DNA from: Kofleriaceae bacterium
Lineage (GTDB): Bacteria; Myxococcota_A; Polyangia; Haliangiales; Haliangiaceae
Length of the DNA: 64,000 nucleotides
Reading direction: 5' to 3'
NCBI GenBank assembly: GCA_041389925.1
Contig: JAWKQX010000006.1
Coordinates: 471,837-535,836 of the forward strand
The notes under the pieces were generated by a model. It was not told the DNA's origin and ran no database searches. It saw only the letters and a list, made by a program, of their open reading frames with translations. A program made the translations under genes and the position numbers. The stretch's first letter is position 1. Each line of letters opens with the position of its first letter. Of the stretch, positions 45,002-54,109 are shown piece after piece.

Positions 45002-46952
45002 GGGTCATCGACACGTAGGCTTCTCGCCGCGCCGGCGCGCGGGCGCGGCGGCGCTCCTGGCCGCGGCGCTCGTCGCTGGCGGCGCCAGCGCGGCGCGCGC
45101 CAACCCGACCGCAGGCGTCGACGCCGCGCTGTTTCGCTCGTCGTACGACACCGGCGGGATCTTCTCGCTCGAGGGCGCCCGCCTCATGCCGCGGCGAGAC
45201 ATCTCGTGGAAGGTCCTGGTCTCCTACGCCAAGTCGCCGATCGATGTCGCGGTGCCGGGCATCGGCAACACCGAGGCGGACCCCATCCTCGACTACCTGG
45301 CGGTGATCGACATGGCGTTCGGCATGTCGATCAGCGAGCGCTTCGCGATCGGCATCGACGTCGCCGCCTACCGAACCGCCACCGGGGCCGGGTATGGCAC
45401 GCGCGGTCTGTACAACAACATGCCCGACCTCGTCGGCGCCTCCACCGGGCTCGTCGCGTTGCGGCGGTTCTCCAACATCGATCAGGCCGGCGGCCTGTTG
45501 GACGATGGCCTCGCCGGCCCGCTCGATGTCCGCCTCGCCGGCAAGCTCGCGCTGTTCCGCGGCGCGCGCGCGGCGGCGACCTTCGTCGGGACGTTCACGC
45601 TGCCGTTCGGCGATGAAGAGATGCTGCTCGGCGACGCCGCGCCCACGTTCGAGCCGAAGCTCGCCCTCGACTTTCGCCTGGACCGCCTCCGCGAGACGAG
45701 GTTCGTGGTCAACCTCGGCGCGCGGTTGCGCAAGCGCACGGCGCTGCAGAGCTATGACGCCGCCACCATGGAGGACCCCGCGGCCGCCAAGGTCTTCCTC
45801 GACGTCGGCTCGGAGGCCAGCGTTGGAGCCGGCTTCCTCTGGGAGCTGACGCCGCGCTTCATCTTCGGCGCCGAGGCCTCCGCGCTCATGCCGCTGCCCG
45901 ACGCGTTCTCCGTGGGCCGCTGTCGTATCAACAGCGGCCGCCCCTGCGACGACCTGCAGGACGCGGACTACTTCGCCGACGCCAAGCGCGGCGACCTCAC
46001 CGCCATGGCGACCGCTGGCCTCCAGGTGCGCATCAACGGGCAGGTGACCGGCACGGTGCTCGGCGGGGTCGGCCGGGTCGGCGCTCGCGCCGACGACCTG
46101 CGGGTGACCACCGGTATCATCTGGTCGCCGCAGCCCGGGGGCGGGACGGGGATCAGCCGCGCCGACCAGGACGATGACGGGGTCCCGGACAGCTCCGATG
46201 CGTGTCCGTCCGAAGCGGAGGATCGCGACGGCTACCAGGACGAGGACGGTTGTCCCGAGGCAGACAACGACGCCGACGGCATTGACGACGCGGACGACAA
46301 GTGCCCGGAGGAGGCCGAGGACCGCGACAACTACCAGGACGACGACGGCTGCCCCGAGCCCGACAACGACAGCGACGGGATCCCGGACGCGTCGGATCGC
46401 TGCCCTGATCAGAAGGAAGACGTGGACGGCTTCGATGACACCGACGGTTGCCCGGACGATGACAACGATCTCGACGGCTTCGCCGACACCAACGACAAGT
46501 GCCCCAACGATCCCGAGACGGTCAACGGCATCGAGGACGACGACGGGTGCCCCGACTCGCGCGGCAGCAGCATGGAAGACGCTGGGGATCGCCTCGACCT
46601 CAAGGGTGGGCGCGTCACCTTCCGCGGCGCTTCCCTCACGCCCGTGGGCAAGCAGGTGCTCCGCGAGGTCGCGCAGCTCATGAGCGATCGGAGCCTGGTG
46701 GTCCGCGTCGAGGTCCATGTTCCGCTCGGCACCCGGTCGCGGCGGACGCGCGACATCAACCGCCAGAAGGCGGCGGACAAGCTGCTCACCATCAAGCGCG
46801 CAACCGCGGTGATTGAGTTCCTGGCCAGCCAGGGCGTGCCGCTGTCCCAGATCCAGGCCGCTGGCCTCGGCTCGGAGCGGCCGCTGGGCAACAACGTCCC
46901 GACGGATCCCGCCAACGAGCGCATCGACTTCATCAAGGCGCAGCAGAGGTAA
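44976..46952 (+). CDS. OmpA-family outer-membrane protein with thrombospondin type-3 (calcium-binding) repeats
   Basis: Signal peptide, an N-terminal beta-rich domain, at least seven DxDxDGxxDxxDxCP TSP3 repeats, and a C-terminal OmpA domain (VEVHVPLGTRSRRTRDINRQKAADKLLTIKRATAV...). Confidence 0.8.
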   Translation: METMMFTSRGHRHVGFSPRRRAGAAALLAAALVAGGASAARANPTAGVDAALFRSSYDTGGIFSLEGARLMPRRDISWKVLVSYAKSPIDVAVPGIGNTEADPILDYLAVIDMAFGMSISERFAIGIDVAAYRTATGAGYGTRGLYNNMPDLVGASTGLVALRRFSNIDQAGGLLDDGLAGPLDVRLAGKLALFRGARAAATFVGTFTLPFGDEEMLLGDAAPTFEPKLALDFRLDRLRETRFVVNLGARLRKRTALQSYDAATMEDPAAAKVFLDVGSEASVGAGFLWELTPRFIFGAEASALMPLPDAFSVGRCRINSGRPCDDLQDADYFADAKRGDLTAMATAGLQVRINGQVTGTVLGGVGRVGARADDLRVTTGIIWSPQPGGGTGISRADQDDDGVPDSSDACPSEAEDRDGYQDEDGCPEADNDADGIDDADDKCPEEAEDRDNYQDDDGCPEPDNDSDGIPDASDRCPDQKEDVDGFDDTDGCPDDDNDLDGFADTNDKCPNDPETVNGIEDDDGCPDSRGSSMEDAGDRLDLKGGRVTFRGASLTPVGKQVLREVAQLMSDRSLVVRVEVHVPLGTRSRRTRDINRQKAADKLLTIKRATAVIEFLASQGVPLSQIQAAGLGSERPLGNNVPTDPANERIDFIKAQQR

Positions 46953-46954
46953 CC

Positions 46955-49402
46955 ATGAAGACCAAGATGAAGAACCTCGCACAACGGTTCGGCGCCTCGC
47001 GCTGGGCGTGGGTGTGCTTGTTCGCGCTGGTGGCGCCCCGGATCGCGGTGGCGCAGTCCGAGATCGGCTTCGTCGCCGACGTCGAGGTGCCGACCGTCGT
47101 GCTCGACTCGGCGGTGGACCTCAACAGCACCACGTCGGAGGACTCGGAGCTCGATCTCTCCAACATCGTCTTGGCGGCCGCCAAGGGCATCACCACGGTG
47201 CAGGAGGCGCCCGCGATCGTCACGGTCGTCACCGCCGATGAGATCGCCGAGCGGCAGTTCAGCGGCATCGAGTCGATCATGGACATCGTGCCGGGCTGGT
47301 ACCGCACGAGCGTGTTCCACAGCCAGTTCCCCATGGCGCTGGTGCGCGGTCAGGCGCAGGCGTCGCAGTTCTTGCACGACTCGATCTCGCTCTTCGATCC
47401 CTTCGTGAACGCGCCCACGACGTCCCGCGTGCTGCCGGTGGAGATCATCAAGCGCGTCGAGGCGATCACCGGCCCGGGCGGCGTGCTCTGGGGCTCCAAC
47501 TCGCTGATGGGGATCCTCAACGTCATCACCAAGGACGCCGAGGACGTGGATGGCACCGAGGTGGGCGTCACGGTGGGCGGCGGCGATGGCGATCGCCGCA
47601 TGCTGCACGCGTACGCGATGACCGGCATCACCGATCTCCTCGGCGGTGCGGTGAAGGTGTTCGCGCACGGCTCGTTCGAGACCTATCAGGGCGCCAACCA
47701 CCAGTTCCCGATGCTGATCCTGCACCAGCCGCTGCCGCAGCCGGAGTCGCCGAACCTGTATGGCCCGCTGCTCAGCTCGCAGCCGCTGCAGTCGTACGTG
47801 TTCAACTTCAACGGCAAGCTGAGCCTGGGCAAGCTCCAGCTCCGCTTCTCGTATCCGCTCGGTGAGCGGCACAACCCGGTCGGGCTCTCCGGCAACCCGA
47901 TCCAGTCGACCCTGCCCAACGACAGCATGTGCACCGGAGACAATCCGGATCCCATGATGTGTCTCGATCCCGAGAAGCGCGGGCGCGACGTGCAGGTGAA
48001 CTACTGGGACCGCTACGCGGTCGGCGAGTACCGCACGCGCTTCGCCGAAGATCGCGCCGGCCTGTCCGTCAAGGGCTACCTGGTGCAGTTCGTGCGCGAG
48101 TTCGCGCCGCTGCAGATCCTCGCGCCCTCGCAGTTCACCAACCCGGTGACGATGAACTCGGTGGAGCTCCAGGGTGGCCTCGGCTTCGCGGTGGACAACA
48201 CCAGCTACCGCGCCGGCGGGGCCATCGACGGTGACGCCGAGCTCTCGCGCAACCTGCGGCTGCTCTACGGCGCGGAGGGCTTCTCGGAGTGGAAGCCGAT
48301 CAACACCACCCGCTCTCGTCAAGGCGAGGGCACCGAGGCGACCTTCTCGACTCCGTATGAGCTGTCGGCGGCGCTGCCGCTGCTCTGTCCGCGTCGCTAT
48401 GTCGATGGCAGGCTGGAGCTCCTCCCCGGCTGCCCGGTGACCTTCGCGTTTCCGGCCACCCGGACCGTGCTCGGCGCCTATCTCAACCCGCAGTATCGGC
48501 CGAACAAGAAGTTCATCTTCGACCTCGGCGCTCGTGTGCAGGTCGCGCCGGAGCAGCTCGGCAAGCTGTCCTACCCGGTCAACACCACCTTCGCCGGCAC
48601 GGTGGTGTGGAACTTCATCCCGAACTGGCACTTGAAGTTGAACGTGGCGCAGGGCTTCCGTCCGCCCGCGTTCAACAACACGACCTCCAACGGGACCGCG
48701 GTGCAGATCGGTGGAAACCCGGACCTGAAGGTCGAGACCTCGGACGCCGCACAGGCGGAGGTCAACGCGCGAATCTTCAAGGGCGATCGCCGCATCCGCG
48801 AGCTGTCGTTCCGCGTCGACGGCTCGTACACGCGTCTCCAGAACCTGATCCAGATCAACACCGGCCGCTACCAGAACACCGGCGAGCGCGCGCTGACCAG
48901 CGGCGAGTTCCTCGGCAAGCTCTACATCCAGGGCGGCCACCGGTTCGAGCTCGGGTACACGTACCTGCTCGGCACCACCTCGGATCGCGGACGCCTGCGC
49001 TCGCTCCCGGAGCACTGGTTCAACCTGGGCGCGGTGTTCAACATCGTGGATGACAAGCTCACCGGCACCACCAACCTGCGGATCGCCGGCGCCGCCGAGG
49101 ATCCGAACCGCATCGTCGAGTACCGCGATCTGGTGCTCGACGAGCGCGGCGGGGTCGCGGTCCCGCGCGTGGTGGGGGCGAGCGAGCTGGTGCTCGACCG
49201 CCTGCCGCCGAGCGCGGAGCTGACGCTGGGCCTGACGTGGAACCTGTCGCGCAAGTTCGCGGTGCGGGGCACCGTGTACAACGCGCTCGACGGCCACTAC
49301 TACCAGCCCGACGCCTTCTTCGACTACGAGCCGCGGCTGGAGTACCTGCCGAACCCGTACGAGCGGATCCGCGCGTACGTGTCCGCGGCGTACAAGTACT
49401 GA
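46955..49402 (+). CDS. TonB-dependent receptor-like outer-membrane beta-barrel protein
   Basis: Signal peptide. Plug-like region (TTVQEAPAIVTVVTADEIAERQFSGIESIMDIVPG...GPGGVLWGSNSLMGILNVITK). Long barrel that ends ...AYKY. It starts 2 bp after the TSP3-OmpA gene. Confidence 0.75.
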   Translation: MKTKMKNLAQRFGASRWAWVCLFALVAPRIAVAQSEIGFVADVEVPTVVLDSAVDLNSTTSEDSELDLSNIVLAAAKGITTVQEAPAIVTVVTADEIAERQFSGIESIMDIVPGWYRTSVFHSQFPMALVRGQAQASQFLHDSISLFDPFVNAPTTSRVLPVEIIKRVEAITGPGGVLWGSNSLMGILNVITKDAEDVDGTEVGVTVGGGDGDRRMLHAYAMTGITDLLGGAVKVFAHGSFETYQGANHQFPMLILHQPLPQPESPNLYGPLLSSQPLQSYVFNFNGKLSLGKLQLRFSYPLGERHNPVGLSGNPIQSTLPNDSMCTGDNPDPMMCLDPEKRGRDVQVNYWDRYAVGEYRTRFAEDRAGLSVKGYLVQFVREFAPLQILAPSQFTNPVTMNSVELQGGLGFAVDNTSYRAGGAIDGDAELSRNLRLLYGAEGFSEWKPINTTRSRQGEGTEATFSTPYELSAALPLLCPRRYVDGRLELLPGCPVTFAFPATRTVLGAYLNPQYRPNKKFIFDLGARVQVAPEQLGKLSYPVNTTFAGTVVWNFIPNWHLKLNVAQGFRPPAFNNTTSNGTAVQIGGNPDLKVETSDAAQAEVNARIFKGDRRIRELSFRVDGSYTRLQNLIQINTGRYQNTGERALTSGEFLGKLYIQGGHRFELGYTYLLGTTSDRGRLRSLPEHWFNLGAVFNIVDDKLTGTTNLRIAGAAEDPNRIVEYRDLVLDERGGVAVPRVVGASELVLDRLPPSAELTLGLTWNLSRKFAVRGTVYNALDGHYYQPDAFFDYEPRLEYLPNPYERIRAYVSAAYKY

Positions 49403-49439
49403 TCGGGCGGCGGCGCGCCGCGCGATCGCCGAGGTCGGG

Positions 49440-51911
49440 CTAGCGCTCGCGCGTCGGCGCTTCTTCCTCGAGCCCCTCGAACGCCCGCGGGATCGGTGTG
49501 AGGATCGGCCGGAGTTCTCCCAGCGCCGGGGAGAACAGCGTGAGCTGATCCGGATCCGTGAAGATCTCGGCGAAGTCCTCAGGGCGCAGGCCCGCGGCGA
49601 GGCGCGAAGCGAACGTGGTGCGCAGCAGCCGCTCGTAGTACTCGATGTCGTAGTCGCGAGGGTCCTCGGCGGGGCCGCCCTCTGGCGCGGTCTCCCCGTC
49701 GGGGCGAGCGGGCGGACCGGGGAGCACCGCGGGTCGATCGTTCGCGGCGCGGTAGATCCGCACCACCGCGCCGCGCCGCCAGGTGGTGAGGCCGCTCTGG
49801 AGCATCGCCTCGTAGGAGGCCTCGCGCCGCTGTCCGCGCCCTCCCTGGTACTCCTCGGCGGTCTTGTTCAGCCGCACGCGGGCGGTGACGTCGAACGTGG
49901 GGAGCGCGCGTCGGCGCAGCGCCGCGATCGTCTCGAGATACGCCGCCTGCACGCCGGGCAGGTCCGCGCGGAGCAGCCGCGCGAGCGCTCGCCGGAGGAA
50001 GGCCTCTCCGAACGGCTCGGCGCGGCTGGAGCGAAACGCGACGCCGCGCAGGACGAGCTCGCCGTCGTAGCCCAGCAAGGCGTAGTTTTTCGGCTCGTGG
50101 GAGAGCATGGCGGCGTAGCGCCCGTCGAACTGGAGCTGGACCAAGGGCGGTAGGAGCGCGTCCACCTCCGCGACGACGCGTCGCTCGTCGGCCTCGGTCC
50201 AGGACTCCGGGACCGCGAAGTAGACGCCGTCGGTGTCGGCCTCGAGCAGGGTCGCGCCGCGCGCGGCGAGCTCGCGACAGAGCAGCGAGAGCACCAGCCG
50301 GCCTCGCCGCGTCACCTCGTTCGCGGCGTGCACATCGGAGAAGCGGGTGAGCGTGCCCGCCGCCAGGTAGCCGTACGCGGAGTTCACGACCAGCTTCATC
50401 GCCGCGGAGCTGGCCTCTTCCTGATGGCGCGCCGCGGAGCCCTCTTCGGATGCGCGCGCGCGCGCCTTCGCCGCGAGCCGACGCTCCACCAGGTCGTCCA
50501 CCAGCGCGAGCAGCGCGCCGAGATGATCTCGCGCTGGGCCGATCCGATAGGCGCGCATGAGCGAGGGATAGAGGCTCGCGACGTCGGCCTTGACCACTCG
50601 CGACGCGACCCCGGCGGCGAACAAGTGCAGCGCGGCTCCTTGGTGCGGGGTGCCGTCGCTCGGCTGGTGCGCCGGCAACGCCGTACCGGCGCGCAGGTAC
50701 GCGCGCACGAGCAGCGGCTCGAGGATGCCGGTCGCCGCGCCGGCGTCGCCGAGGCGCTCGTAGCGACGGGGCACGAGCTTGGCCAGCGCGAAGGCGGCAC
50801 CGCCGAGCGTGCGCGCGACCGCCGCGGCCTCCTCGACGTCGTCCCGCGCGTAGCGCCGGACCCGTTCGGGGTCGCGGCGGAAGACGGCGTGCACCTCGGC
50901 CCCGGGGACATACTCGCGGCTCGCGGTCGCCAGGCCGAGGTGGCGGGCCACCGCCTTGAGCCCGTGGCCCGGCAGCTCGCGGGTCGCGAAGTCGAAGCGG
51001 CGCACGGCGTCGAGGCTGTCGAGGAGCTCGCGCCCCGGCACGGTGTAGCGCGCGCGCCGGGGTCGCCAGGCGCGCCCGGCCGAGGCCGCCGCGGCGTCCG
51101 CGTCGTCGCCGGTGGAGGTCGACGCGGAGCCGTCCTCGAACGACGCGCCACGCGCGGCGGGGCGGAGCCGCGGCCCCGGACCTCCGCCGCGACCGAGCAC
51201 GAGCGGCACGCCGAGACGCTCGGCGCGCGCGACCAGAAACGGCAGATCGAACCCGTGCAGGTTGTGGTTCTCGATCACGTCGGGATCGCACGCCTGGATC
51301 GCCTGCGCGAAGGCGCGCAGGAGCCGCGCCTCCGCCTCGTCGGTGTCGCCGTCGGTCTCCAGGATCTGTACGCCGCCGCTTGGGTCGCGCACGGCGATGA
51401 GGAAGATCCGGCTGCGCTCCGGAGACAGCCCGGTGGTCTCCAGATCGAACTGCGCGCGGTGAACCTCGTCGTACGAGAGATCGCGGAAGTAGGTGCGGCC
51501 GGACGCGACCAGGTACTGTTCCTCGGGAGGCAGCGCGATCACTTCCTGATCTTCGACCTGCCGCAGCGAGGAGAGCTGCCGGCCCAGCCGTCGCCCGGCG
51601 CCGCGCAGCACCGCCTGCTCCAGCGCGCGTCCATCGCGCGCGCGCACCAGGTAGCGCAGCTCGCCCGGGCCCTCCAGGACCTGGTGGGTCACCGCGTCGT
51701 CGGCGACCACCGGCGCCTCGCGCACCAGCCGCTCGCCCAGGTGTGCGAGATCGTCGAGGGAAGAGAGCACGATCCACGGGCGAAAGCTGGCGCGCTCGCG
51801 CACCAGGTGCCCATCACAGCGGCGCCAGATCCACGCTCTGCCGTCAGGCTCCGCCCACACCGAGACGATGCCCGGGGTCGGATCCCATCCCCAGAGCCGC
51901 TCGTCTCGCAT
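49440..51911 (-). CDS. polB: Family B DNA polymerase (Pol II-like) with 3'-5' exonuclease domain
   Basis: Exo I FDLETTGL, motif A DVASLYPSLM, motif B KLVVNSAYGY, motif C LLEADTDGVYF. Start MRDERLW at 51911. The Ser/Pro-rich upstream extension in the track is antisense to the greA-like repeat region. Confidence 0.85.
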   Translation of the reverse strand: MRDERLWGWDPTPGIVSVWAEPDGRAWIWRRCDGHLVRERASFRPWIVLSSLDDLAHLGERLVREAPVVADDAVTHQVLEGPGELRYLVRARDGRALEQAVLRGAGRRLGRQLSSLRQVEDQEVIALPPEEQYLVASGRTYFRDLSYDEVHRAQFDLETTGLSPERSRIFLIAVRDPSGGVQILETDGDTDEAEARLLRAFAQAIQACDPDVIENHNLHGFDLPFLVARAERLGVPLVLGRGGGPGPRLRPAARGASFEDGSASTSTGDDADAAAASAGRAWRPRRARYTVPGRELLDSLDAVRRFDFATRELPGHGLKAVARHLGLATASREYVPGAEVHAVFRRDPERVRRYARDDVEEAAAVARTLGGAAFALAKLVPRRYERLGDAGAATGILEPLLVRAYLRAGTALPAHQPSDGTPHQGAALHLFAAGVASRVVKADVASLYPSLMRAYRIGPARDHLGALLALVDDLVERRLAAKARARASEEGSAARHQEEASSAAMKLVVNSAYGYLAAGTLTRFSDVHAANEVTRRGRLVLSLLCRELAARGATLLEADTDGVYFAVPESWTEADERRVVAEVDALLPPLVQLQFDGRYAAMLSHEPKNYALLGYDGELVLRGVAFRSSRAEPFGEAFLRRALARLLRADLPGVQAAYLETIAALRRRALPTFDVTARVRLNKTAEEYQGGRGQRREASYEAMLQSGLTTWRRGAVVRIYRAANDRPAVLPGPPARPDGETAPEGGPAEDPRDYDIEYYERLLRTTFASRLAAGLRPEDFAEIFTDPDQLTLFSPALGELRPILTPIPRAFEGLEEEAPTRER

Positions 51912-51958
51912 CGCCCGTACTGTATCCCGTTCGGGCGAACCGGCTATGCTACGTGCTG

Positions 51959-52777
51959 ATGGGTCCATCGAAACCGGTCGGCAAGAGGGCCAGGGCGACG
52001 GCCGGGGGGAAGGCGAAGCCTGCGGTCGGGGGGAAGGCGAAGCCCGTAGCTCGCGCGAAGGCGAAGGCGAAGCCTGCGGTCGGGGGGAAGGCGAAGCCCG
52101 TAGCTCGCGCGAAGGCGAAGGCGAAGCCTGCAGCCGGGGCGAAGGCGACGTCGGTCGCCGGGGCGAAGGCGAAGCCCACGGCCGGCGCGAAGGCGAAGCC
52201 CGCGGTCGGGGGGAAGGCGACGGCTGCGTCGACGAGACCGGCCGAGGCCGTGCCCGCGAGGCCTGCGGCACCGCACCCGGCGCGCGCGGCCGACCCGCCG
52301 ACCTCGTCGCGCAAGGCGGCGCTGCGGCTGGAGCTGCTGCGCGCGCTCGAGCACGCCCTGGAGATCGCCCGCCTCGCGCACCACGCCGCAGTGGAGGGCG
52401 CCACCCACGAAGACGCTCGAGCCGAGAACGACAAGGACACGCGCGGCCTGGAGCAGTCGTACCTGGCGCGCGGCCACGCGCGCCGGGTCGCGGAGCTGGA
52501 GGCGGGAGTCGCGGCGCTGGAGGCGATGGAGTGGCTCGCGCTCGAGCCCGACACGCCGATCTCGCTTGGCGCGCTCGTCTCCGTCGAGGAAGGCGACCAC
52601 CTCCGCACGGTGCTGCTCGCGGCGCACGGCGGGGGCCTGACGCTGGCGGGCGGCGTCACGGTGGTGACCCCAGGGTCTCCGATGGGGCGCGCGCTCCTGG
52701 GCCGCGTCGCGGGGGACGAGTGCGAGGTGCAGATCGGCGCGCAGCCCCACGACCTGACGATCCTCACCGTGGAGTAG
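51959..52777 (+). CDS. GreA/GreB-family transcription factor homolog with N-terminal Lys/Ala/Pro-rich histone-H1-like repeat tail
   Basis: Start MGPSKPV at 51959. About 95 aa of AKAKPAVGGKAKPVARAK repeats, then a coiled coil, then a GreA C-terminal FKBP-like block (SPMGRALLGRVAGDECEVQIGAQPHDLTILTVE). Confidence 0.7.
   Translation: MGPSKPVGKRARATAGGKAKPAVGGKAKPVARAKAKAKPAVGGKAKPVARAKAKAKPAAGAKATSVAGAKAKPTAGAKAKPAVGGKATAASTRPAEAVPARPAAPHPARAADPPTSSRKAALRLELLRALEHALEIARLAHHAAVEGATHEDARAENDKDTRGLEQSYLARGHARRVAELEAGVAALEAMEWLALEPDTPISLGALVSVEEGDHLRTVLLAAHGGGLTLAGGVTVVTPGSPMGRALLGRVAGDECEVQIGAQPHDLTILTVE
52000..52240. repeat. Tandem ~54-bp coding repeats (AKAKPAVGGKAKPVARAK units)
   Basis: Near-identical direct repeats, gaaggcgaagcctgcggtcggggggaaggcgaagcccgtagctcgcgcgaaggc, occur at least twice, plus degenerate copies. 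Confidence 0.8.
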
Positions 52778-52834
52778 CGCACGTCGGCGCGGCGCGGCGC
52801 CTCGCGTTCAAGCCGACCGCGCGCACCGTGGACG

Positions 52835-53905
52835 TCACGGGGCGCGGCGCGCGATCAGCGCCCGCAGCGGCTCGAGCGTCGCCGCGGACAGCGGCCCTCT
52901 CGCCGCCGCCGCTGCGTTCGCTTGGAGGTGCGCGGCGCTGCTCGTGCCGATGACCGCGGTGGTGACCGCCGGCGCTGACAGCGCGAAGCGCACCGCGAGC
53001 TCGGCCACCGTCTCGCACTCTGGCTCGCGCTCACGCCGCTGGACTCGCTCGAGGATCTCGCGCGCGCCGTTGGACGACCGCGCCGCCGGCGGCGCGGACT
53101 TGGTGAACTCGCAGAGCTCGGCGACGCGCCGCGAGAGCTCCTCCAGGCCTTCCGGCGCTCCGAAGCGCAGGTGGCGCACGTCGTCGTGGCGAAACGTGGA
53201 GGTAGCCAGGATCTCCCCGGAGAGGCCGCCCTGACCCATCACCAACGACGCGAAGAACGCCAGCTCGCGCTCCGCCGCGGCCGCCGCGAGCCGCTCCGCC
53301 GCGAGGGACCACAGGCAGTGAGGCGCCGCGATCGCGGCGAACACCGGCTGATCGAGCGCGCGCTCCGCCGCGGTCGTCGCCAGCCCGGGCAGACATAGCC
53401 CCCAGCTCAGCACCTTGCCCTTGCGCCGCAGCGCCTCCATGATCCCGAGGAGCTCGGGCCACGCCGTCGACTCTAGCCAGCTATCGTGCCACGCCGTGAG
53501 CATCACCAGAGGGAGCACCTCGAGCTTCGTCGCTCGCAGCGAACGCTCCACGCGCTCTTCCACATAGGCCGGAGGGAACACGCGCGGTAGCGGATCCCGA
53601 AACGCCAGCCCCTCATCGTCCTTGAGCAGCTCAAGCGCCGTCGGCGCGGCGAGCGGCGGCGGCACCTTCGTCGTCAGCAGGACCCGCTCCCACGCCCGGA
53701 GCGCCCGGAGCGCCTCGCCGCAGATGTTCTCCGACTCGCCCCACCACGGCGCGGTGTCCACCACGTCGACGCCGAGATCGAGGGCGAGCCCGAGCGTGCG
53801 CTTGAGCTCGGCCGGCGACACGTCGGGACGGCGGTATGCTCCGGTCACCGCAACTCCGAGCCGCCCGACTTCACGTCGCAGCCGTCCGACGTGTCTTCGC
53901 TCCAT
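52835..53905 (-). CDS. Aldo/keto reductase family oxidoreductase
   Basis: AKR-like (beta/alpha)8 blocks (DTAPWWGESE, LGLCLPG). ATG confirmed at 53903-53905. Confidence 0.75.
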   Translation of the reverse strand: MERRHVGRLRREVGRLGVAVTGAYRRPDVSPAELKRTLGLALDLGVDVVDTAPWWGESENICGEALRALRAWERVLLTTKVPPPLAAPTALELLKDDEGLAFRDPLPRVFPPAYVEERVERSLRATKLEVLPLVMLTAWHDSWLESTAWPELLGIMEALRRKGKVLSWGLCLPGLATTAAERALDQPVFAAIAAPHCLWSLAAERLAAAAAERELAFFASLVMGQGGLSGEILATSTFRHDDVRHLRFGAPEGLEELSRRVAELCEFTKSAPPAARSSNGAREILERVQRREREPECETVAELAVRFALSAPAVTTAVIGTSSAAHLQANAAAAARGPLSAATLEPLRALIARRAP

Positions 53906-54109
53906 CCTGTACCGACATACCCCAGGGTGCGCCGTCGGGACAGGGCCCGGGCAGGCAATCCCTCGTCGATGGGGATCCTACCCCTGGGGCCAGGGGCCCC
54001 ACCTGGTGGGGGTGCCGTCCCGGCGGCGGAGCGAGGCCGGAGGATGGTGCGCTCAAGTATGGGAAGTAGCGGCCACGACAGTGGATCCCTCCTTGCATCC
54101 AGTCGGCGC

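Noticed and set aside
52000-52240. Possible CRISPR or non-coding tandem array
   Set aside because: The repeats are contiguous with no unique spacers, and they are in frame within the greA-like coding sequence.
51912-52271. Ser/Pro-rich N-terminal extension of polB ([12 protein letters not shown] repeats)
   Set aside because: It is the reverse-strand image of the Lys/Ala repeat region of the greA-like gene. The polB homology begins at MRDERLW.
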